Positions 10,860 to 20,243 of a stretch of DNA of 64,000 nucleotides are shown here, in pieces. A program made the translations under genes and the position numbers. Source of the stretch: Nitrospirota bacterium (GTDB taxonomy: Bacteria; Nitrospirota; UBA9217); NCBI GenBank assembly GCA_963663225.1, contig OY760142.1, forward strand, positions 1,024,001 to 1,088,000. The letters run 5' to 3'. The first letter of the stretch is position 1, and each line of letters opens with the position of its first letter. Under the pieces are notes generated by a model. It was not told the DNA's origin, searched no databases, and saw only the letters and a program-made list of their open reading frames with translations.

Positions 10860-11738
10860 ATGGACACTGCTGCCAATCCATTCCAACTCAACTCAGCCGA
10901 GGAACGCTTCGTCCTGGCACACGCCATCGTACCGGAACAGATCCCTTCGATGATGACGGCAATTTCGCACGCCGAGCCTCTTTGCATCGGAGATTGTCTC
11001 TGTTTTGCAAAGGACGATTGGGTAATTTTCATCGGGTATCCTCTCAGCACGCAATTTGTTGCGAGCGACTGTGATACACTGATTGTGCGTATCCTCGCTC
11101 AATTCCATCCCGATTATTTCTGGTTCATCGGTCCTGAAATACCCTCTTCCCTTGCTGAATCTTGTCGCGTGCGCCAGAGCGATCAATATCTGCGACTCGA
11201 TATCTCGCAGTCAATTATTCCTTCAGCCTTGCAGCGCGAAGTGGGACAGGCCGCCCGGACACTGACCGTAGAGCGCACGCGAGCATTCACGCGCGAGCAT
11301 GAGCAACTAGCAAAAGAACTGGAGAGCCGAGAGGACCTTCCCCTCATGATTAAAGAGTTGTACCGGTCCATGCCCGACTACATAGCTCAATGCAAAACAG
11401 CGCAGGTGTTGAACGCGCGAGACCGACACGGCGCGCTAGCCGCTTTTTTTGTTGTCGAGACCGCGGCTGAACACTTTGACGCATATGTACTGGGGTGCCA
11501 TTCCAAAAAGAACTATATACCACACGCCTCTGATCTGCTCTTTGCCGACATGATCGATTCCGCGCGGGACCGCGGCAAGCAAAGCATCAACCTGGGTCTG
11601 GGTGTTAACGAAGGCATTCGTCGCTTTAAAGCAAAATGGGGCGGCAGACCGTACTTGCATTACGAATTCTGCGAATGTTATTATGGTCCTCCGGCGCCGA
11701 TTTCCCTGCTTGGCGCGCTCCTGGACGGGAAGCCGTAA
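10860..11738 (+). CDS. Hypothetical GNAT-fold protein, Fem/MprF-C (DUF2156)-like; paralog 1
   Basis: C-terminal ASDLLFADMI...INLGLGVNEGIRRFKAKWGG resembles the end of Fem/MprF-type domains. Alignable by eye with 12586-13419. Confidence 0.6.
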   Translation: MDTAANPFQLNSAEERFVLAHAIVPEQIPSMMTAISHAEPLCIGDCLCFAKDDWVIFIGYPLSTQFVASDCDTLIVRILAQFHPDYFWFIGPEIPSSLAESCRVRQSDQYLRLDISQSIIPSALQREVGQAARTLTVERTRAFTREHEQLAKELESREDLPLMIKELYRSMPDYIAQCKTAQVLNARDRHGALAAFFVVETAAEHFDAYVLGCHSKKNYIPHASDLLFADMIDSARDRGKQSINLGLGVNEGIRRFKAKWGGRPYLHYEFCECYYGPPAPISLLGALLDGKP

Positions 11739-11758
11739 ATCGCAACCAATTACCTTGT

Positions 11759-12589
11759 ATGAAAATGAAGTTTTTCCCCTGGACAATGCATAAACCGCTT
11801 CGCATGATCTGGCGCGTGGAGAAAAACGGACTGGCGTCGCATCTCGTAGGTACGGCTCATTTTTTTCCGTACAGCTTTCGCAGGCCGCTGAAGCGCCTGG
11901 TCCGGAACGTTTCGACCGTGATGTTCGAAGGCCCGCTCGATGAGGCAAGTTTCGGGAGAATTGCAGAGCACGGAAAGCATGACGAAAATAATCAGGCGTT
12001 TTTCGATCTCCTCACGCCCGAAGCAATTACTGCGATTGACTGCATCCTGCGCGAGCGTGACGGACGGGGAAAAACAGGAGACACGTGGCTTTTGTCACTG
12101 GATGAAAAGGGGCCGGTTTATTTCGAGTCATTCACAAGCGGGCTCCGCCCCTGGGCCGCGTTTTTTGCAATCTGGCGTGCGTATCTCGACTGGCAACACT
12201 CAGTTGACATGGAAGCATACCGGATCGCCCGGGCGGCCGGAAAAAAAATCTGTTTTCTCGAAACGCTCGAAGAACAGCTTTCCGTCCTGGACAACATTCC
12301 CCTGGACCGCCTCGCGCGGCAATTAAACGACGTTGCGAACTGGCCGGACTATAAAAAAAAGTACGTTAAAATGTACCTTGACGGAGATCTGGACAAAATA
12401 ATGGATTTGACCGGACGTTTTGCCGCGCGCGGTTCCGCGCTCGCGGCGCGCGACCGGGTTCTATTTGAGCGGAGCCAGCCGGTCTTCGCATGCGAGGATG
12501 CCCTTGCTTTTGTCGGTTTTCCCCACATACCCGGAGTGACCAAACTATTCCGCGATGCAGGATACTCCGTTACGCAGGTGTCTTCATGA
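11759..12589 (+). CDS. TraB/GumN (Tiki-like metalloenzyme) family protein
   Basis: IWRVEKNG..SHLVGTAH, VMFE, LETLEEQL, RD and VGFPH match the TraB/GumN pattern. No signal peptide evident. Confidence 0.75.
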   Translation: MKMKFFPWTMHKPLRMIWRVEKNGLASHLVGTAHFFPYSFRRPLKRLVRNVSTVMFEGPLDEASFGRIAEHGKHDENNQAFFDLLTPEAITAIDCILRERDGRGKTGDTWLLSLDEKGPVYFESFTSGLRPWAAFFAIWRAYLDWQHSVDMEAYRIARAAGKKICFLETLEEQLSVLDNIPLDRLARQLNDVANWPDYKKKYVKMYLDGDLDKIMDLTGRFAARGSALAARDRVLFERSQPVFACEDALAFVGFPHIPGVTKLFRDAGYSVTQVSS

Positions 12590-13419
12590 TTACACCGGAA
12601 GAACAGGGACATATCATCGAGCATGCATATGTGCCGGAGCACCTCCCGCATTATGTCACCGCAATCTCCCGGACCGAGCCGTTCTTAATCGACGATTTCG
12701 TCGTCCATGTCGCCGGTACGCATTTGATTTTCGTCGGGTATCCGCTGTCCGATGGTGCTGATGAATCGAGAATGCTGAAAGCGCTCGATGGAGCAAAAGA
12801 GCGCTTTGCGCCGGACTCCTTTTCCGTTATCGCTCCCGCGCGCGCGGGAGCGACCAATGATTCCGTGCCGGCTGCTGATGCATATTACCGTCTTGATCTG
12901 TCTCAGGCGGTCATGACCAGGAAAACAGAAAACATGCTGAGGCGCGCGCGCGGCGAATTGACCGTTTCAGTCGGCAAAATCGGCTGGGCGCACAAATGGC
13001 TGATACGGAAGTTCACGCGCACACATAACTTCGATGCAGCGCAGCGGTTCATCTTCAAGCGCGTGCCCCGCTACGCCAAATGCGCCGCCACGGTCGTTTT
13101 TGAAGCGCGCAACGCTCGCGGCAATCTGGTCGCATTCGATGTCGCCGAGTTCGGCGCCCTGCACTACGCGTTTTATATGTTCAACTTCCGCTCGAGCAGA
13201 CACTGCGTTCCTGGCGCCTCCGATCTGCTGCTCGCGCACATCATCGAGTATGCGCAGGCAGAAGGCAAACGATACATTAATCTGGGGCTGGGAATTGATC
13301 CGGGCATCACATTTTTTAAAAAGAAATGGGGTGCTACGCCGTTTCTGCAATGCGTGTCGTGGATGGAGGAATGCGACGCGCAGAAATCAATGGAGAGCCT
13401 GTTCGACCAGCTCTCGTGA
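12586..13419 (+). CDS. Hypothetical GNAT-fold protein, Fem/MprF-C-like; paralog 2
   Basis: ATGA overlap with the TraB stop. HAYVPEH, IFVGYPL and GASDLLL...INLGLGIDPGITFFKKKWG are shared with paralog 1. Confidence 0.6.
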   Translation: MITPEEQGHIIEHAYVPEHLPHYVTAISRTEPFLIDDFVVHVAGTHLIFVGYPLSDGADESRMLKALDGAKERFAPDSFSVIAPARAGATNDSVPAADAYYRLDLSQAVMTRKTENMLRRARGELTVSVGKIGWAHKWLIRKFTRTHNFDAAQRFIFKRVPRYAKCAATVVFEARNARGNLVAFDVAEFGALHYAFYMFNFRSSRHCVPGASDLLLAHIIEYAQAEGKRYINLGLGIDPGITFFKKKWGATPFLQCVSWMEECDAQKSMESLFDQLS

Positions 13420-13472
13420 CCAGAAACAGCGCATGCGAGCCGACGCCGTTTTTTTCGTGAAGGAATCTATCT

Positions 13473-13700
13473 ATGGAATTCTTATTAAAAATACCGTGGG
13501 GAATCGTGATTCTTGCCTGCCTCACCCTGGGCCTCGCCCCTTTCAATCCACCGCACATCTGGGAAAAACTGTCGATGCTTTTTCACGGAAAGCTCGTGCG
13601 GCCTCTTGATTGGTTCGATTTTGCACTGCACGGAACACCATGGGTTCTGTTGATAACAAAGTCAATAGCGGCCCTCATCCAAATCCAGAAACAGCCATAG
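13473..13700 (+). CDS. Small membrane protein (LGLAPF..PHIWEKL..DWFD..LHG family)
   Basis: 75 aa, two hydrophobic segments, AAGGA RBS; motif pattern of a familiar small hypothetical family. Confidence 0.6.
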   Translation: MEFLLKIPWGIVILACLTLGLAPFNPPHIWEKLSMLFHGKLVRPLDWFDFALHGTPWVLLITKSIAALIQIQKQP

Positions 13701-13728
13701 AGCCCTTCTGCGAGCGGGCGCCGGGCAT

Positions 13729-14226
13729 TCATGCTTTTTTGGCCGGTTTCCGCGCTCCAAGCTGTTGTTCGAGAATTGCGACCGCGTCCTGCACAAGTCT
13801 GGGACAGAGCGTTTCAAACAGCTGTTCGCGTTTGGCCGCTTCCATCTCCACAGGAATGCTGATATCATGCCCCAGCAATTCTCGGCATACGATAGAACCG
13901 TTCCTGTCTGAAAATTCCGTTATAAATTTCTTCGCCAGATCGTATGTTTTTTCCCGAGCCGCGTCATCGCCCTTTTTTGCTTTTCCGTGATTCAACCCCA
14001 CTACCATAAGAGCACCGGTCACCGCTCCGCAGGTATCTCCCCGGCGCGCCATGCCACCGCCGAACGCGCACGCGACTTTCAGCGACTGTGTGCGGTTGAT
14101 CCCGAACCGGGGAGCATATGCGCACAGCACTGATTGGGAACAACTAAAACCGCTCCTGAAACAGCTGACCGCCTTTTCCGCCGGAGAGAGCCTTTTTCTT
14201 TTTCGTGTTTGTTTTTTTCCGGTCAT
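13729..14226 (-). CDS. C_GCAxxG_C_C family putative redox protein
   Basis: FSCSQSV, AFGGGM, TCGAVTG, CRELLG and a terminal C. Start overlaps the AOR stop (ATGA). Confidence 0.88.
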   Translation of the reverse strand: MTGKKQTRKRKRLSPAEKAVSCFRSGFSCSQSVLCAYAPRFGINRTQSLKVACAFGGGMARRGDTCGAVTGALMVVGLNHGKAKKGDDAAREKTYDLAKKFITEFSDRNGSIVCRELLGHDISIPVEMEAAKREQLFETLCPRLVQDAVAILEQQLGARKPAKKA

Positions 14227-15920
14227 GGGTTTTCTCCCCGCATTCGATAGTATTTATCCAGCTCTTCGGTGAACCGTTTTTTGTCAACTGGTGGAATATC
14301 GATCCCTTCTCCCGAAGAGCCCGCCTCAGTATAAAACCGTTCCGGCAAGAAATCGTCCTTTTTGGTAAATCCATTCCTGGTGTTGTACGCCCGTTCGGTA
14401 AGAACAATTGTTTCTCCGATCTTCATAAGGCCCTGCCCCGAGAACGGCAGCCCCGTTGCCGCGGCCAGCAGGTGGGCATACTCCTCAAGGGATGCTCCGA
14501 GAAAAGCGAAAGCGCACACACAGAGAGAATCAACCATCGCGTTGTTATCTTCCGCAATCTTGATCATCCGGGCCTTTCCATCAAAGCTGAAACGGTCCAC
14601 CGCCACGGGCTTGCGCAGGATTTCCTGGCTGATCGGATACGCGCGCAAATGACATCCGCCGCGCGTGGACGTGGCATAGGCAAGCGCAATGCCGTAGGAA
14701 CCGCGTGGATCGTAGGCGGGAAGCTCCAGCCCCTTCACGTTCATGGAACACTGCGGTTTCCCCAGATCGGCACACAGCCTTTTTGAACCTTCCGCGAGCC
14801 GGTCCCCTTCTCTCTCGCGCTTCGCAGTTTGCAGAAGCATTTCGAGGATCTCGGTTCCTGAAAGAAACGCACCCCGGACCTCTCCAAAAGCCGCGACCGT
14901 CGCCGCAGCGGAGATGGTGTCCATTCCGAGGTTGTTGCACAGCAAATTTGCCTCTACAATGGAGTCTGCGTCGGCGTTTGCGTTCAAGGCACCGAAATGC
15001 GACAGGGTCTCATACTCCGGCAGGGGCCTGCCGCAGGAAAGCATCTTTTTACACTGGATGGGACAAGCAACGCATCCATGCTTTTTATAGCCGAACTCTT
15101 TTTTAAGGCTCGGGCCAGAATACGCGGCCGCCTGCGGAAAAAACGTTTTGCTGAAGTTTTCCGTGGGCGCCATCTTGCGCTGGCCCACAATATCAACGAG
15201 CATCGCGGTCCCAAACTCTCCCAGCCCCAGTTCTCCCATGACGGCAGGTGATGCCCTCAAAAGCCGCATTACATCTTCCTGTGCCTTTTTAAATGCGGCC
15301 GGATCCGCGACCGATACCTTCTGGGATCCATTGACCACAATCGCTTTCAGGTTCTTTGATCCCATTACAGCGCCGAGTCCGCCCCGGCCGGCAGAGTTCG
15401 CGCCGCCGATCATGATATTGGCAAACCGGACTCGTTTTTCTCCAGCGGGACCGATGCAAGCAGTGCACCCGGCGGATTCAAGAAGCCTGTTTGTCTCCAG
15501 ACATCCCTTGCCCCAAAGGTGCGCTGCGTCGTGAATTTCGATCTTGTCCTCAACGATTTGAAGATAGACCGGGGACGGAGCCCTGCCGGTAATGCACAGG
15601 CCGTCATAGCCGGCCGCCTTCAGACGGAGGGGAAAGGTGCCGCCCACCGATGAATCGGTTATTGTTCCGGTAAGAGGCGACCGTGAGACCACGGCCAACC
15701 GAGACGAGGCAGGCGCGGGGGTGCCGCACAACGGTCCGTTCATGAAAAGAAGGGGCATGTTGTAGTCAAACGGATCGAGACTGAAAAAATCCTTCATCAT
15801 CGCCATGCCGAGCCCCCTGCCGCCGATATGCGAAGAAAGGGCCTCGGCGTCTAAACTCTCGGTCCGGATCTTGTTTGCAGAAAGATCGACATAAAGCATT
15901 TTTCCATGCCATGCGTGCAT
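14223..15920 (-). CDS. aor: Aldehyde:ferredoxin oxidoreductase family (W/Mo bis-pterin, 4Fe-4S)
   Basis: IGGRGLG, SPLTG, IGPAGE, GRGGLGAVMGSKNLKA, CxxCxxxC (CVACPIQC), EYET, GMDTIS, YDPRG, RGGCH. Confidence 0.9.
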   Translation of the reverse strand: MHAWHGKMLYVDLSANKIRTESLDAEALSSHIGGRGLGMAMMKDFFSLDPFDYNMPLLFMNGPLCGTPAPASSRLAVVSRSPLTGTITDSSVGGTFPLRLKAAGYDGLCITGRAPSPVYLQIVEDKIEIHDAAHLWGKGCLETNRLLESAGCTACIGPAGEKRVRFANIMIGGANSAGRGGLGAVMGSKNLKAIVVNGSQKVSVADPAAFKKAQEDVMRLLRASPAVMGELGLGEFGTAMLVDIVGQRKMAPTENFSKTFFPQAAAYSGPSLKKEFGYKKHGCVACPIQCKKMLSCGRPLPEYETLSHFGALNANADADSIVEANLLCNNLGMDTISAAATVAAFGEVRGAFLSGTEILEMLLQTAKREREGDRLAEGSKRLCADLGKPQCSMNVKGLELPAYDPRGSYGIALAYATSTRGGCHLRAYPISQEILRKPVAVDRFSFDGKARMIKIAEDNNAMVDSLCVCAFAFLGASLEEYAHLLAAATGLPFSGQGLMKIGETIVLTERAYNTRNGFTKKDDFLPERFYTEAGSSGEGIDIPPVDKKRFTEELDKYYRMRGENP

Positions 15921-15926
15921 ACGGTG

Positions 15927-15956
15927 ATGATAATCTATTTGACGCGCCAGGGTCAA
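15927..15956 (-). promoter_or_regulatory. Candidate promoter of aor (leaderless geometry)
   Basis: On the minus strand: TTGACC, 18 bp, TATCAT, 6 nt, ATG. A TTGAC-N8-GTCAA palindrome (15939-15956) overlaps the -35 box. Confidence 0.45.
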
Positions 15957-16039
15957 CTGAAAACCGTTTAACGCTGCACTTTCCTTTATATTCTTTCGCG
16001 ATATTCAGGCATCAACACACATCCGGCGGTACATTTCTT

Positions 16040-16068
16040 TTGACAGTCCTTCCCAATCCCTCTATAAT
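16040..16068 (+). promoter_or_regulatory. Consensus sigma-70 promoter of gpsA (leaderless geometry)
   Basis: Exact TTGACA (16040-16045), 17 bp, TATAAT (16063-16068). ATG follows 7 nt later with no SD. Confidence 0.8.
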
Positions 16069-16075
16069 TCCTAGT

Positions 16076-17077
16076 ATGATCGAACAGATAGGAGTAATCG
16101 GCGCCGGCGCCTGGGGAACGGCCCTGTCCATACTTCTCGCGGAAAAAAGTCACGATGTAACACTGTGGATGTATGAGCAGGATCTTTGCGCAGAAGCGGA
16201 TCGTGCCCGGGAAAACCGTGTTTATCTGCCGGGGTTTGCTTTGCCCGCTTCGCTCAGAATAACGTCTTCGCTTGAAGCCGCCGTCAGGAACAAATCCATT
16301 CTGCTCTTTGTTATGCCGTCACACACCGTCCGGGCGGTGGCGACGCAGATTCTTTCTTTTCTGCCCCGCGGCGCAATCATCATTTCTGCCGCAAAAGGGA
16401 TTGAACCGGACACGCTTATGCTGCTTTCCGAGGTACTGAAGGACGTTCTGCCCGAAGAATCCCACGGTCGCCTGTGCTTTCTGTCCGGGCCGAGCTTTGC
16501 CAAGGAAGTCGCACAAAAAATGCCTACGGCCGTCACGCTCGCCGCTTACGACCTTACGGTCGGAAGGAAAGCCCAGGACATTCTGAGTAATGCCTATTTC
16601 CGCGTGTATACCAACCGTGATGTCACCGGCGTGGAGCTTGCAGGCTCGCTCAAAAATGTTGTCGCCATCGCAGCGGGCGTGCTGCTCGGGCTCGGCTATG
16701 GACACAACTCAATGGCTGCGCTGCTCACCCGCGGACTCGCGGAAATGGCCCGTCTTGGCTCGGCCATGGGTGCGAATCCGCAGACTTTTTTCGGCCTTGC
16801 CGGCATGGGAGACCTGGTTCTAACGTGCACCGGCGTTCTTTCAAGAAACCGCTCCCTTGGCGAACGGCTGGGAAAGGGCGAGCGGCTGCATGACATTCTG
16901 CAGGGGTCGCGAACTGTTGCGGAAGGCGTAAAGACCGCCCTGGCAGCACGCAATCTGGCAAAAAAATTCGGCGTCAACATGCCTATCGTAGAGGAAGTCT
17001 ATCAGATCCTGTACGAGCAGAAGGAACCGCGGCATGCGGCAAAAGACCTGATGAGCCGGGAGCTCAGGGGAGAATAA
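16076..17077 (+). CDS. gpsA: NAD(P)H-dependent glycerol-3-phosphate dehydrogenase
   Basis: GAGAWGTAL, AKGIE, SGPSFAKEV, GSLKNVVAIAAG, GDLVLTCTG..SRNR, AEGVKT. Confidence 0.96.
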   Translation: MIEQIGVIGAGAWGTALSILLAEKSHDVTLWMYEQDLCAEADRARENRVYLPGFALPASLRITSSLEAAVRNKSILLFVMPSHTVRAVATQILSFLPRGAIIISAAKGIEPDTLMLLSEVLKDVLPEESHGRLCFLSGPSFAKEVAQKMPTAVTLAAYDLTVGRKAQDILSNAYFRVYTNRDVTGVELAGSLKNVVAIAAGVLLGLGYGHNSMAALLTRGLAEMARLGSAMGANPQTFFGLAGMGDLVLTCTGVLSRNRSLGERLGKGERLHDILQGSRTVAEGVKTALAARNLAKKFGVNMPIVEEVYQILYEQKEPRHAAKDLMSRELRGE

Positions 17078-17111
17078 TTTTTTCGGATGCCACGGCCGGG
17101 AGACAGGGGAC

Positions 17112-18221
17112 ATGAAGCAATTTTTTTTCATGTTTTTTTCATGTGCAATTGCCAGTGTTGCGAATTTTACCGCGTCTGCAGAAACGAAAATCATTGAGGC
17201 GGACAGCACGTACATCATAGGAGACAATGACAGCAAAATCGACGCGCGCAGGATTGCCACGCAGGAAGCGAAAAGGAAAGCCCTTGAGCTTGCCGGCACC
17301 TATGTGGAAAGCCTGACCGTGGTAAAAAATTACCAGCTTTCCCGTGATGAGATACAATCGTACACTGCAGGCATGCTGGAAACAGAGATTGTGTCGGAGC
17401 AGATGCGCGGAACAGTTGACCGGCCGGAAGTCTACATTAAAACCCGCTGCACAATTGACACAACCCTCTTGCAAAACCAAATAGCCGGATTCCGGGAAAA
17501 TGAGGACTTGAAAGAACAGCTCGACGCTTCTGCCAAAGAAAACGATGAGCTCAGAAAAGAACGCGACGCGCTTGTTGCACAGCTCAAAGCGGAAAAGGAC
17601 AAAACAAAAGCAGCTGAGACCCGCCAAAAGATCGGGACAATACTCGCAAAAGAGGAATCCAATGAAGAAACGAACAAGGTTTGGATCAATATCGGTCCAC
17701 AGCTGGCTCAGAATGATACGGAAGCCCGTCCGATCAGACAGGCTGACCTCGACAGCTCAACGGTAATTCTCCAAAAAGCTGTCCGGGTCAACCCGCAAAA
17801 TCAGCGCGCGCGCTCCCTGCTCGCTTCGTTGTATCAGAAAAAAGGCGATATGTCCGCAGCAGAAAATGAATTAAGAACCGCTCTCGGGCGAAATCCCTCA
17901 AGCATCGACCTGCGGATGAAGCTCGGTATTTTACTGCAGGAACAGGGCAGATATCCATCGGCATTGAGGGAGTTTCATGCGGTGGAACGGCTCAGACCGC
18001 AGAATCCTCTGATGTTGTTCCATACCGGTATGACATTTAGACAAATGGGCCAATGCAACAGATCGGTGCAGTATTTAAACCGGTTTTTACTCAACCCGAG
18101 GGTGCAGGCGTTTCCCCAGAAAAAACGGACGGCGGCCCAGGCCGTTGAGGACTGCGGTATGAACCAACCCGGATATCCGCAAAAAATCAGGGACACAAGG
18201 ACAAACCATACTCATGAATAA
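17112..18221 (+). CDS. Exported tetratricopeptide-repeat protein
   Basis: N-terminal signal peptide, an ARRIATQEAKRKALE..G (FlgT-N/LPP20-like) segment, a coiled coil and C-terminal TPR-like helices. Confidence 0.65.
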   Translation: MKQFFFMFFSCAIASVANFTASAETKIIEADSTYIIGDNDSKIDARRIATQEAKRKALELAGTYVESLTVVKNYQLSRDEIQSYTAGMLETEIVSEQMRGTVDRPEVYIKTRCTIDTTLLQNQIAGFRENEDLKEQLDASAKENDELRKERDALVAQLKAEKDKTKAAETRQKIGTILAKEESNEETNKVWINIGPQLAQNDTEARPIRQADLDSSTVILQKAVRVNPQNQRARSLLASLYQKKGDMSAAENELRTALGRNPSSIDLRMKLGILLQEQGRYPSALREFHAVERLRPQNPLMLFHTGMTFRQMGQCNRSVQYLNRFLLNPRVQAFPQKKRTAAQAVEDCGMNQPGYPQKIRDTRTNHTHE

Positions 18222-18984
18222 ATCCGACCTCATGAAACTGCTTCAGGATGTTCACGACAGGAAAACCGGAGTAGAGACCGCACTCAAGCGGCTCAAGCAC
18301 CTGCCGTTTGAGGACGTTGCTTATGCGCACATCGACCATCACCGGCATCTGCGCCACGGAATGCCGGAAGTCATCTATTGCGAAGGCAAGACAACAGAAC
18401 AGGTCGCGGGCATCGCGAAACGCATGCTCGTGCATAACAGCGATGTTCTCGCAACACGCGCTTCGGAAAAAATGTATACTGCGGTAAAAAAGCTGAACCG
18501 CCATGCCGTGTACCACGAACGCTCCCGTACGATTGTGGTCCGTCAGACAAAGATAAAAAAGACCAACGGCGTTGTTCTTGTCCTGACCGGTGGAACGTCG
18601 GATATCCCGGTGGCAGAAGAAGCGGCGGTTACTGCAGATGCGCTCGGCAGCACGGTAAACACCGTCTATGATGTAGGCGTAGCCGGAATTCATCGGATCC
18701 TGAGCAAGCGGGACGCCCTTGATGAAGCACGGGTCATCATTGTAATCGCCGGTATGGACGGCGCACTCCCGTCCGTGGTCGGCGGCCTGGTAGACAAACC
18801 CGTGATTGCAGTTCCTACCAGCGTGGGATACGGTGCAGGGTTCCAGGGTCTGGCGCCCCTCCTTACCATGCTCAACTCCTGTGCTTCAGGTATTGCCGTG
18901 ATGAACATTGATAATGGATTTGGCGCCGGCGTTCTGGCCCACAGGATAAATCTGCTCGGAGAGCATAACCACGGCGCTGCATAG
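18214..18984 (+). CDS. larB: Nickel-pincer cofactor biosynthesis carboxylase/hydrolase
   Basis: DHHR..R.GMPEVIYCEGKT, GTSDIPVAEEA, DVGVAGIHR, AGMDGALPSV, PTSVGYG, NIDNGFGAG. Confidence 0.92.
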   Translation: MNKSDLMKLLQDVHDRKTGVETALKRLKHLPFEDVAYAHIDHHRHLRHGMPEVIYCEGKTTEQVAGIAKRMLVHNSDVLATRASEKMYTAVKKLNRHAVYHERSRTIVVRQTKIKKTNGVVLVLTGGTSDIPVAEEAAVTADALGSTVNTVYDVGVAGIHRILSKRDALDEARVIIVIAGMDGALPSVVGGLVDKPVIAVPTSVGYGAGFQGLAPLLTMLNSCASGIAVMNIDNGFGAGVLAHRINLLGEHNHGAA

Positions 18985-19018
18985 CCGTCCTCACCATCTA
19001 AGGGAGTCTATAGCAACC

Positions 19019-20191
19019 ATGCCTACTGCCTATTTCGACTGTTTTTCCGGGATATCCGGCGATATGACCCTCGGCGCCCTTGTGGACGCAGGTGCGGACA
19101 TCAATTCACTTCGTGCGGAGCTTCAGAAACTGAGTGTTCCGGGATACGAAATAACCTCTGAAAAAGTCACCCGCTCCGGCATCGCGGCGACAAAAGTGCG
19201 GGTCAATATTCATCATATTACGCACGAGCACCGGCACCTGTCCGACATTCTGGGCATCATCAGCAGTTCTTCTCTTTCAGCGCCGGTCAAACAAAAAAGC
19301 GAACTGATATTCACCCGGCTGGCGGAGGCTGAAGCCAAAGTGCATGGCACAGCGGTAGCAGACATCCATTTTCATGAGGTCGGTGCGGTAGACTCCATTG
19401 TTGACATTGTAGGCTCTGTCATCGGGCTTGAGCTTTTGGGCATATCGCAAATCATCATTTCTGCGGTCAATGTAGGCTCTGGAACAGTGAAAACCGCTCA
19501 CGGCATTCTGCCCATACCCGCGCCGGCAACCGCTGAGATGCTGCGGGGAATCCCGTTTTACGAATCTTCGACAAAATTCGAGCTTGCGACCCCCACCGGA
19601 ACTGCAATCATCAGCACGCTTGGCACGCCTTTTGGCCGTATGCCGGCCATGAATATTGAGCGGATAGCATACGGAGCAGGGGACCAGGATTTTCCCGGCA
19701 CGCCGAATGTTCTGCGACTTATGATCGGCGAGCCCGCAGCATCCTGGGAGGAAGACCTGTCGGTTGTCATCGAGACGAATATCGACGATATGAACCCCCA
19801 GATTTACGACTACGTGGCTGAAAAACTCATGCGCCAGGGGGCGCAGGACGTGTACTTCACGCCCATCATCATGAAAAAAGGAAGGCCGGCGGTGCTGCTC
19901 TCCGTGTTGACAGACAAAGAAAAGGTTGACGGCATGCTTAATATCCTGTTTCGCGAAACCACGAGCATCGGCGTCCGCCTTCAGGATGTGCACAGAAAGA
20001 AGCTGCTCCGTGAAATCACGGAAGTGGACACCCGCTACGGCAGAATCAGACTAAAAGTGAGCAAATGGGGCAATGAAATTTTTTCAGTCACTCCTGAATA
20101 TGAGGACTGCAAAAAAATCGCGGAAAGCAGACAGCTTCCGTTGAAACAGATTATGGAAGAAGCAAAAAAAGTATACTATACTACACGGTAG
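19019..20191 (+). CDS. larC: Nickel-pincer cofactor nickel insertase (single unbroken ORF)
   Basis: YFDCFSGISGDM, His-rich HHITHEHRH, HFHEVGAVDSIVD, ETNIDD, MKKGRP, ETTSIGVR, PEYED. Confidence 0.93.
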   Translation: MPTAYFDCFSGISGDMTLGALVDAGADINSLRAELQKLSVPGYEITSEKVTRSGIAATKVRVNIHHITHEHRHLSDILGIISSSSLSAPVKQKSELIFTRLAEAEAKVHGTAVADIHFHEVGAVDSIVDIVGSVIGLELLGISQIIISAVNVGSGTVKTAHGILPIPAPATAEMLRGIPFYESSTKFELATPTGTAIISTLGTPFGRMPAMNIERIAYGAGDQDFPGTPNVLRLMIGEPAASWEEDLSVVIETNIDDMNPQIYDYVAEKLMRQGAQDVYFTPIIMKKGRPAVLLSVLTDKEKVDGMLNILFRETTSIGVRLQDVHRKKLLREITEVDTRYGRIRLKVSKWGNEIFSVTPEYEDCKKIAESRQLPLKQIMEEAKKVYYTTR

Positions 20192-20243
20192 CACTGCGGC
20201 AGAGAAAACATTCTTTTCCCCGACAAAGGATCAAAGGAGCTTC

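Noticed and set aside
15875-16075. 67-aa N-terminal extension of gpsA
   Set aside because: It overlaps the aor start and contains the consensus promoter. The GxGxxG motif begins right after ATG 16076.
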